Source: Bacteroidales bacterium
GTDB taxonomy: Bacteria; Bacteroidota; Bacteroidia; Bacteroidales; UBA1715
Reading direction: 5' to 3'
Length of the DNA stretch: 64,000 nt
NCBI GenBank assembly: GCA_017642535.1
Contig: JAGCOW010000096.1
Location: forward strand, 15,428 to 79,427
A model generated the notes under the pieces. That model saw only the letters and a program-made list of their open reading frames with translations. It had not been told where the DNA came from and did not search any database. Position numbers and translations under genes: made by a program. Position 1 is the first letter of the stretch. Every line of letters begins with the position of its first letter. Shown here in pieces: positions 57,285 through 64,000 of this stretch.

Positions 57285-57908
57285 TTAATTCTTAGCTTTT
57301 TTCTCGTAAGCGATTGTCTTATCCTGCACGCTCAACAGATAATCAATATCATCGAGAGCATTTACAAGACAATGTTTCTTGTAGCCGTTGATTTCAAATT
57401 TCTCGCTATGTCCTGTTGCCTCGTTCGTAACGGTTTGATTAGGAACGTCAACTGTCACAATTGCTTGCGGATTTTTAGCGATAGTATCGAACAATTCTTG
57501 TTGAAACGCTGGAGTAACAATCACAGGCAAAACGAAGCAGTTCAGCAAGTTATTTCTGTGAATATCAGCGAAACTTGATGAAATCACGACACGAACGCCA
57601 TAACCTGCAATAGCCCAAGCAGCATGTTCGCGACTTGAACCAGAACCCCAGTTTTGACCGCCAACAATAATTTCGTGGACTCCTTCGCGTGGTGCTTCCG
57701 AAAATTCAGGTTTGTTCATCACAAAATCAGCGATAGGCTTTCCGTTAGCATCGTAACGCAAATCGTGCATAAACGCATCACCGAAGAACTTCGGGTCGCG
57801 TGTGGTGCTTGCCAAATAGCGAGCGGGAATAATTAAGTCGGTATTACAGTTGTCGATTGCAACAGGAATACACGTTGATTTGATTATATTGAATTTTTGT
57901 TTTGCCAT
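57285..57908 (-). CDS. leuD: 3-isopropylmalate dehydratase small subunit
   Basis: 207 aa with GQNWGSGSSREHA. It lies directly downstream of leuC. Confidence 0.85.
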   Translation of the reverse strand: MAKQKFNIIKSTCIPVAIDNCNTDLIIPARYLASTTRDPKFFGDAFMHDLRYDANGKPIADFVMNKPEFSEAPREGVHEIIVGGQNWGSGSSREHAAWAIAGYGVRVVISSSFADIHRNNLLNCFVLPVIVTPAFQQELFDTIAKNPQAIVTVDVPNQTVTNEATGHSEKFEINGYKKHCLVNALDDIDYLLSVQDKTIAYEKKAKN

Positions 57909-57912
57909 AATC

Positions 57913-59304
57913 TTAAATTTTACGAGGGTCAGTAATTACACCAGTGATTGCACTTGCGGCAACAACGAGTGGAGAAGCCAAAACAGTTCTTGCACCCGGT
58001 CCTTGACGACCAACGAAGTTACGATTTGATGTCGAGATTGATAGTTTTCCTGCAGGAACTTTGTCTGGATTCATTGCCAAACACGATGAGCAAGAGGGCA
58101 AACGAAGTTCAAAACCTGCTTCTTCCAAAATTTTGTCAATGCCTTCGTCAATGATTTGCTTACGAACTAACCAAGAGCCAGGAACAAGCCATGCAACAAC
58201 ATTCGGTGATTTTTTCTTTCCTTTCACAATCGAAGCGAATGCACGGAAATCCTCAATACGGCCATTGGTACAAGCACCCAAGAAACAATAATCTACAGGG
58301 GTTCCCTCCAACTTTTGTCCAGGTTTGAACTGCATATAGTCAAGTTGAGCAGTCAATTGTGCTTTTTCAGCATCGCTCAAGCCGTCAAGCGTAGGTACAG
58401 TCTCATCAATAGCGATTCCTGCACCAGGATTAGTTCCATACGTAATACGTGGCTTAATGTCTTCGGCACGATACGTTACTTCCTTGTCGAACACCGCATC
58501 GTCGTCGGTTTTAAGCGTTTTCCAATAAGCAACTGCCTTGTCCCAATCGGCACCTTTCGGAGCATATTCACGACCTTTCAAGTATTCAAACGTGGTTTCA
58601 TCAGGAGCTATAATTCCCGCACGAGAGCCCATTTCAATTGAAAGGTTCGACAAGGTAAGACGACCTTCCATAGAAAGGTTACGGATTGTAGAACCTGCAT
58701 ATTCAACCACATAGCCAGTTGCGCCCGAAGTCGTCATCTGAGCCATAATGTACAAAGCTATATCCTTTGCCGTCACGCCTTTTTGCAATGTACCTTCAAT
58801 GTTTATTCTCATTGATTTCGGTTTCCCTTGCAAAATACATTGACTTGCAAGCACTTCGGCAACTTCGCTCGTACCAATACCCATTGCAAGAGCACCTACG
58901 GCACCATGAGTAGAAGTGTGCGAGTCACCGCAGACGATAGTCATTCCTGGCAACGACAATGCTTTTTCCGGACCAACAACGTGAATGATTCCGTTGTCCT
59001 TCGTTCCCATAGCAAAATGTTTGATGCCAAACTCGGCACAGTTTTTTGCTAATGTTTCCACTTGTTTGCGACCTACGGGGTCGTTAATCACTTCCTGTTG
59101 ATCGGAAGGAGTATTATGGTCTGGCATAGCCACCACTTGTTCAGGACGGAACACCTTAATTCCTTTGTCACGAAGCGTGTCGAATGCTTGAGGAGAAGTT
59201 ACCTCGTGGGCGTACAAACGATCGATGTACAACTGTGTAGGTCCGTCAGGGATAACCTGCACCACGTGAGCGTCCCAAATCTTTTCAAATAATGTTTTTC
59301 CCAT
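57913..59304 (-). CDS. leuC: 3-isopropylmalate dehydratase large subunit
   Basis: 463 aa. The aconitase-family motifs are [14 protein letters not shown] and GDSHT, and the cluster cysteines are GACTNGR and CSSC. Confidence 0.9.
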   Translation of the reverse strand: MGKTLFEKIWDAHVVQVIPDGPTQLYIDRLYAHEVTSPQAFDTLRDKGIKVFRPEQVVAMPDHNTPSDQQEVINDPVGRKQVETLAKNCAEFGIKHFAMGTKDNGIIHVVGPEKALSLPGMTIVCGDSHTSTHGAVGALAMGIGTSEVAEVLASQCILQGKPKSMRINIEGTLQKGVTAKDIALYIMAQMTTSGATGYVVEYAGSTIRNLSMEGRLTLSNLSIEMGSRAGIIAPDETTFEYLKGREYAPKGADWDKAVAYWKTLKTDDDAVFDKEVTYRAEDIKPRITYGTNPGAGIAIDETVPTLDGLSDAEKAQLTAQLDYMQFKPGQKLEGTPVDYCFLGACTNGRIEDFRAFASIVKGKKKSPNVVAWLVPGSWLVRKQIIDEGIDKILEEAGFELRLPSCSSCLAMNPDKVPAGKLSISTSNRNFVGRQGPGARTVLASPLVVAASAITGVITDPRKI

Positions 59305-59403
59305 TGATATATCCTATTACGTGCATACTTAATTTGCGGGTGTAAAGGTAACTTTTTTTCGGTTAACGCAAACGAAAAAACGAGCGGAATAGTTGATATA
59401 AAT

Positions 59404-59437
59404 AAAAAAAACGCCTCTCGTTTTTGAGAGGCGTTTC
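59404..59437 (-). terminator. Intrinsic terminator downstream of gldJ
   Basis: The minus strand reads AACGCCTCTC-aaaaac-GAGAGGCGTT followed by T8. It starts about 20 nt after the stop codon at 59458. Confidence 0.8.
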
Positions 59438-59457
59438 TAAATTAATCTTTTCGGATA

Positions 59458-60972
59458 TTAGTAACCAACAGGACTTCCGACACGTGTCATTGCACAACGG
59501 AAACCGATATCGTCAGTTGATTTAGATTCGTCCAAGAAACGACGTGAGCCAGGAGCCAAGTAATAAGCTCTATCTCTCCAGCTACCACCTTTATATACAC
59601 GAGAGTGATCGTTTACCAATGTGTACCATCCTGTTTCTGAATACAAATCCTCATCTGACAAGTTCTTTTGTTGATACATCAAGTTTGAACCATATAATCT
59701 TAATGAATCAGTAGGATCAACTTCTTCATTGAAATCAATACTTGACATTTGGTCACCATCAAGATAGTTGATGTTGTCAGCTTGACGATAGTTCATTCTT
59801 CCGTATGCATCAGCAACAGTAACATCTTCTTTAACCATACGACCTAATGAGTCACGTTCTACATAAACGCCTTGTTCCTCTTCAGTGTATTTTTGGAATA
59901 CGTTACCACGGAAAGGTCTGAATTCATCAACATCGGCTAAAGAATTAGCACGATATACGTCAAGTACCCATTCGTTTACGTTACCAGCCATACAGTACAA
60001 ACCGTAATCATTTGGCCAGTAAGACAATACTGGAGCAGTGATGTCAGCCATATCGTTCAAACGACCAGCAACACCCATTTGATCACCACGAGCACGTGTG
60101 TAGTTAGCCATCATCTGACCACGATCATTTACACTTGCATTACGCATTTGGTGACCGTTCCATGGGAAAATTCTTCTTTCATAAATACGTTCGTCAACAG
60201 AGTTACCGATTGTTGCCAATGCAGCGAATTCCCATTCAGCTTCTGTCGGGAGACGATATTTAGGAAGAATGATACCATCTTCCTCACGAACTATACGAGT
60301 TCCATCACCATTCGATGGATTATAGTCATGCAAGTTTTGGTTTACAGAACCTTCATACAAGTGGTTCATATAAGACTCAACATTGAAGTTGTCTTCACCA
60401 ACTTGGTCTGGGTTTTCATTAAGAATACCTTCACGAATCAAGATTCTTTCGTTCACACGGTCAGTACGCCAAACGCAATAGTCGTTTGCTTGCAACCAGC
60501 TAACACCAACAACTGGGTAGTTTTGGAATGCAGGGTGACGCAAATAGTGTTGAACATATGGTTCGTTGTAGCTCATCTTGCTTCTCCAAACCAACGTATC
60601 AGGCAATGCAGACCAATAAACGTATGGATTATCAGCGAATACACGAGTAGTCCAATACAAGTATTCACGATAGTCAAGGTTACGAACCTCGGTTTCATCC
60701 ATATAGAATGAAGAAACACTCACTTTACGTGCCACATTGTTCCAATCATACATTACATCTTGTTGAACGGTACCCATTGTAAAAGAACCACCTTCAACCA
60801 AGACTAAACCTGGACCAGTTTCTTGTTCGTAGAAATCATCATACTTTTGGAAACCTCCATTCTTTGAATCATTGTAGTTCCAACCAGTTGTGGTAGAAAC
60901 CTCATCAGCACAAGAACTCATCAAGAACATTCCTGCAATCGCTGAAAACATCAGAAGATTCTTAATATTCAT
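59458..60972 (-). CDS. gldJ: Gliding motility/T9SS lipoprotein GldJ (GldK paralog, SUMF1 fold)
   Basis: 504 aa. It has a lipobox (LMSSCAD) and TGWNYNDSKNGGFQ, as I recall from the GldJ N-terminus. The motifs FYMDETEVRNLDY, YPVVGVSW, YRLPTEAEWEFAA, AGNVNEW and GFRCA are also present. Confidence 0.8.
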   Translation of the reverse strand: MNIKNLLMFSAIAGMFLMSSCADEVSTTTGWNYNDSKNGGFQKYDDFYEQETGPGLVLVEGGSFTMGTVQQDVMYDWNNVARKVSVSSFYMDETEVRNLDYREYLYWTTRVFADNPYVYWSALPDTLVWRSKMSYNEPYVQHYLRHPAFQNYPVVGVSWLQANDYCVWRTDRVNERILIREGILNENPDQVGEDNFNVESYMNHLYEGSVNQNLHDYNPSNGDGTRIVREEDGIILPKYRLPTEAEWEFAALATIGNSVDERIYERRIFPWNGHQMRNASVNDRGQMMANYTRARGDQMGVAGRLNDMADITAPVLSYWPNDYGLYCMAGNVNEWVLDVYRANSLADVDEFRPFRGNVFQKYTEEEQGVYVERDSLGRMVKEDVTVADAYGRMNYRQADNINYLDGDQMSSIDFNEEVDPTDSLRLYGSNLMYQQKNLSDEDLYSETGWYTLVNDHSRVYKGGSWRDRAYYLAPGSRRFLDESKSTDDIGFRCAMTRVGSPVGY

Positions 60973-61002
60973 AACTTTCTTTTTTTAGTTTCACTTCTAT
61001 AT

Positions 61003-61998
61003 TTAAAATGTCGGCGCTTTAACCGCCTCGAATTTTTTCTTTTTTTCTCGACAATCGAACTGATAACTCAAGGAAACCTCATGTGTATCGATTCTTTTTA
61101 CCGAGTTTATTGTCATATCACAATTGTAGGCAAATCTAAACCTTTTTTCAACAATACCAACAAAAAATGACAAAGAATTTGCATTACAAGGAAAATTTTG
61201 TCGAAAAGCACTCCCCATTTGCACCATCCATTTTTGCAAAATCAGCCCCATTTGTGCATACGACGAAGTTCCCCCGAACACCATATTTATATGGGGATAG
61301 AACTGAATTAGGTACTGTTGGGTATATGCCCTCGTCCACGAAAATTTTGCCAATCCATGAAAGGAAAAAATTCTTGGAAATAAATTTTCATTTTTATTCA
61401 TTTCGGTCACATTTCCTTGCAAATTTTTAATAGTCATACCTGCAAAAAACCGTTCATTGTACACCAAAACTCCCATTTCTGAGTTAAAATCGTGCTTGGA
61501 ATAACGTTCCAAATCCTCTCCCGTCGCAGTATAATTTTCCTGAAATACATTCAACATATCAGAAAAAACAAGTCCGTCGTAGTTCGTCACTCTATGCGAA
61601 TAACCGGCTGCCAATGACGCACGCAGATACAGATATTTTTGTATTTGAAACGTGTGTGCATATATCGCCAACAAATCGGAAGTGCGAAAAATCTTTTCCT
61701 GAAAATCTTGTAGAAAAGAAAAACCAATGCTACTATTGGACTTTTGCATCTCCATATCGTACGAAATATACGCTGAATTGTAACCTCCTTGCGACAGATA
61801 TTTCGTCCGAAACGATGTGAACGCATGCGGACACGACGTAGTTCCGACAAATGCAGGATTGAGATATACATAATTATTATATATCTGCGAAAAATCGGCA
61901 TATTGTGCAAAACAATCCGTCGTACATATTATATATGTAAAAATGAATGCAAAAAACCTATATATGAACAAGTGCTTCTTCGTCACCTCAAAGACCAC
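61003..61998 (-). CDS. PorP/SprF family T9SS membrane protein (second copy)
   Basis: 331 aa. The post-signal motif DFSQIYNNYVYLNPAFVG matches the PorP/SprF pattern (QY..N....NPA..G), and it has a beta-barrel C-terminus. Confidence 0.75.
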   Translation of the reverse strand: MVFEVTKKHLFIYRFFAFIFTYIICTTDCFAQYADFSQIYNNYVYLNPAFVGTTSCPHAFTSFRTKYLSQGGYNSAYISYDMEMQKSNSSIGFSFLQDFQEKIFRTSDLLAIYAHTFQIQKYLYLRASLAAGYSHRVTNYDGLVFSDMLNVFQENYTATGEDLERYSKHDFNSEMGVLVYNERFFAGMTIKNLQGNVTEMNKNENLFPRIFSFHGLAKFSWTRAYTQQYLIQFYPHINMVFGGTSSYAQMGLILQKWMVQMGSAFRQNFPCNANSLSFFVGIVEKRFRFAYNCDMTINSVKRIDTHEVSLSYQFDCREKKKKFEAVKAPTF

Positions 61999-62000
61999 AA

Positions 62001-62085
62001 TTAAGAATTTGTTTTAATTTTATAAATCTGTGGCTTCGACAGTTCAGCCACCAAAATCCTTAATTCTTAATTTTTAATTCTTAAC
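62001..62085 (-). repeat. TTAAGAATT-flanked TGGC...GCCA hairpin repeat, copy 3 (inverted orientation)
   Basis: The core is TGGCTTCGACAGTTCAGCCA (62031-62050), whose reverse complement is TGGCTGAACTGTCGAAGCCA. TTAAGAATT and AATTCTTAA blocks flank it. Confidence 0.75.
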
Positions 62086-62803
62086 TATTAATTTTACTAA
62101 TCTCCTGTAACGTGATTTTTCCCTCGTATATTGCCTTACCCGTAATAACTCCGTCAATATTTTTGTCATTCAAGGCAAAAATGTCATTCATTGACGAAAT
62201 CCCGCCACTTGCAATCACAAACAATTTCGGGAACTGCTGCTTGATTTTTACGTACAAATTCACGTTTGATCCTTGCAACATACCGTCTTTGCTAATGTCG
62301 GTACAGATAATTTTTGAAACGCCTTTTGCCGTATAATCACGCAAAAAATCAAACATATTCAGTTCCGTGCCTTCCTGCCAGCCACTAACGGCGATATTTT
62401 CATTTTTAACATCGGCACCGAGAATGATTTTTTCGCTACCAAACTTTTGCAACCACGACAAAAACACCGACGGATTTTTTACCGCTATGCTTCCGCCCGT
62501 CACCATACTTGCCCCCGATTCAAAGGCAATGCGTAAATCTTCGTCGGTTTTCAGGCCTCCACCAAAATCAATCGTCAGATTTGTGTGGGTGGCAATGTTT
62601 TCCAATACTTTATAATTGACTATGCGACTGCTTTTTGCACCATCCAAATCAACCAAGTGAAGACGTTTTATGCCGTTCGCCTCAAATTCTTTGGCAACTT
62701 CTAACGGATTTTCGTTGTAGATTTTTTTTTGTGCATAATCGCCTTGCGAAAGACGTACGCATTTTGCGTCGATTATGTCTATTGCGGGAATTATTTCTAT
62801 CAT
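62081..62803 (-). CDS. hisA: 1-(5-phosphoribosyl)-5-[(5-phosphoribosylamino)methylideneamino]imidazole-4-carboxamide isomerase
   Basis: 240 aa. The motifs are [24 protein letters not shown] and GGGI-type phosphate-binding regions. Confidence 0.9.
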   Translation of the reverse strand: MIEIIPAIDIIDAKCVRLSQGDYAQKKIYNENPLEVAKEFEANGIKRLHLVDLDGAKSSRIVNYKVLENIATHTNLTIDFGGGLKTDEDLRIAFESGASMVTGGSIAVKNPSVFLSWLQKFGSEKIILGADVKNENIAVSGWQEGTELNMFDFLRDYTAKGVSKIICTDISKDGMLQGSNVNLYVKIKQQFPKLFVIASGGISSMNDIFALNDKNIDGVITGKAIYEGKITLQEISKINS

Positions 62804-62822
62804 TCTTTTCTATGTATCTGTT

Positions 62823-62850
62823 GTAGAGACGTTGCGCGCAACGTCTCTAC
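62823..62850. repeat. GTAGAGACG...CGTCTCTAC palindromic intergenic element, copy 3 (perfect 28-nt palindrome)
   Basis: The sequence is GTAGAGACGTTGCGCGCAACGTCTCTAC. It lies between the stop codon of the T9SS cargo gene (62860) and the hisA start (62803), so it probably acts as a terminator hairpin. Confidence 0.85.
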
Positions 62851-62859
62851 GAAATCACA

Positions 62860-64000
62860 TTATTTTACAATTACTTGTTGCACAACAACATCGTTTCCTG
62901 CCGTCATCTTCACTGCATACACACCAGAGCGCAATGCCTGCGTGAACGTGTATGAGCCACTTTCACCCGAAGTAATTGCCTTTGCCACCGTATGACCGTT
63001 CATATCAACAACGTCAAATGAAACAGATGTTGCATCAGTCTCGAATGTAACGTAAATTAACGAAGCAACGCTGTATGCCTGCATTGTCGAGGAAATAGCA
63101 CTGATTGTTGGCACTGCAACTTCTTCTTTTTTCGTAACGCCAAGAATATCAATGTAATCAAATGACATCCATTTCCACGACGCCTTGATTTGCACAGTAT
63201 TTTCTCCTTCCTTCAGCGGAATCTTTGTGGTATAAACACCCCAAATTGTCGATTCAAACATCATCGTCTCAATTTGTTTTCCGTTTACAATCAAATCTTG
63301 TCCCTTCGGAGCTTGGTAATTACACATATAACCGACGAACATATCGTATGTGCCAGCTTTCGGTGCAATGATACCATTAAACGTAACTGTTTCAAATTCA
63401 GTAACATCAAGATATTTTCCGTTACTGCACGTTTTGTCTTTCACAACACCGCCAGCACCTACCAATACGGCATCTTCGGCCTCCAAACGAAGGCGTGAAA
63501 GATTCGTGACCGTAACAACGAAATCTTCTGATTGCGTGTATTCGCCATCGACATACACGCGGGCAAAGAACGTATATTCGCCTTCTTCGTCTGGTACCGT
63601 CCAATCATAAACAACCGATGTTTCGGTAAACTCGGCAATCGGCTCGTCAGTATTTTTTAGATATAAATCTATCTTTTCCAACGATTTGCCTTCTGGTACA
63701 GTGGCATTTACATTAATCTTGAACACGGTTTTCGGCTCGGCGAAATTTCCAACCTCGGAACTTAGCTCCCCCAGTGCTCGTTCCTCCACACCGAGAATGT
63801 CAATATAGTCGAACGACATCCATTTCCACGACGCACCAATAGTGATAGTATTCATACCTTGTTGCAACGGCAACGTCATTTTATACGTATCCCAGTCTTC
63901 CGAAGTAAATTCAATCTCGCCTTTGCTTACGCCATTCACCGAAATGCTTTGACGTTTAGGTGCTTCGTAGTTACACATATATTGGATATACACCGGATAA
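62860..64000 (-). CDS. Secreted protein with tandem CBM-like domains and a T9SS C-terminal sorting domain; N-terminus lies off the window
   Basis: There are two copies of ...YMCNY.APK....VNG......F.S..W.......PL..G.NT..I.ASWKWMSFDYIDILGV. The C-terminal ~80 aa end in YAVKMTAGNDVVVQQVIVK, typical of a Por_Secre_tail. The frame is probably open beyond 63993. Confidence 0.75.
   Translation of the reverse strand, partial: YPVYIQYMCNYEAPKRQSISVNGVSKGEIEFTSEDWDTYKMTLPLQQGMNTITIGASWKWMSFDYIDILGVEERALGELSSEVGNFAEPKTVFKINVNATVPEGKSLEKIDLYLKNTDEPIAEFTETSVVYDWTVPDEEGEYTFFARVYVDGEYTQSEDFVVTVTNLSRLRLEAEDAVLVGAGGVVKDKTCSNGKYLDVTEFETVTFNGIIAPKAGTYDMFVGYMCNYQAPKGQDLIVNGKQIETMMFESTIWGVYTTKIPLKEGENTVQIKASWKWMSFDYIDILGVTKKEEVAVPTISAISSTMQAYSVASLIYVTFETDATSVSFDVVDMNGHTVAKAITSGESGSYTFTQALRSGVYAVKMTAGNDVVVQQVIVK

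Noticed and set aside
59305-59403. A possible leucine leader/attenuator upstream of leuC (TTTTTTCG-N11-CGAAAAAA inverted repeat).
   Set aside because: The stem is A/T-only and weak, I found no Leu-rich leader peptide ORF, and the region also serves as the gldJ terminator flank.
1-64000. A search for CRISPR arrays, rRNA genes, IS elements, integrases, reverse transcriptases and prophage structural genes.
   Set aside because: I saw no regularly spaced direct repeats, no rRNA-like sequence, and no ORF with transposase, recombinase, reverse-transcriptase or capsid motifs. The only repeats are the short families reported above.

Overview
This window reads as a Bacteroidota chromosome segment, probably Bacteroidales-like. 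The evidence is a porP-gldK-gldL-gldM-gldN type IX secretion operon, TAnnTTTG -7 promoter boxes, almost no Shine-Dalgarno sites, and a T9SS C-terminal sorting domain protein. Most of it is ordinary housekeeping: LPS permease, plsC, an FKBP isomerase, a purM-like gene, a MATE pump, a GH3/beta-lactamase fusion, argF, ispG, glgB, recQ, leuCD, hisA and an initiator tRNA-Met. I found no rRNA, CRISPR array, transposase or integrase.

Two accessory regions stand out.

(1) 26.2-36.2 kb, wedged between a CPBP protease gene and ispG, is an all-plus-strand array. Five gap-free copies of a 28-nt element (consensus CCAACCTCTGCCCTGATATGGCACACCT, with a TGCC-N7-GGCA dyad) each sit just upstream of a promoter box and head otherwise unrelated cassettes. 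The cassettes hold:
- a divergent MreB-like actin tightly coupled to a degenerate FtsZ N-domain-like protein;
- a separately encoded FtsZ C-domain-like protein;
- an ADP-ribosylglycohydrolase;
- two possibly uracil-DNA-glycosylase (UDG)-fold proteins, one split at an A8 tract;
- small helical proteins;
- a COG3910-type ATPase;
- an AT-rich insert with a Shine-Dalgarno site that encodes an ABC-ATPase/TOPRIM (OLD/PARIS-like) fusion.
This is my best candidate for an undescribed system. It could be a co-regulated, integron-like defense or immunity array that includes cytoskeletal-protein homologs.

(2) 43.8-51.9 kb is a minus-strand cluster: an LRR-UVR protein, a hypothetical, a PD-(D/E)XK protein, a wHTH protein and DUF2779, next to a divergent LRR-Sel1 gene. 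Three promoters there share a TGCGA-N5-TCGCA dyad placed exactly 15 nt from the TTTG of the -7 region.

Two small intergenic repeat families are also present: GTAGAGACG...CGTCTCTAC palindromes, and TTAAGAATT-flanked TGGC...GCCA hairpins. All family calls rest on motif recognition by eye. No database searches or computations were run.
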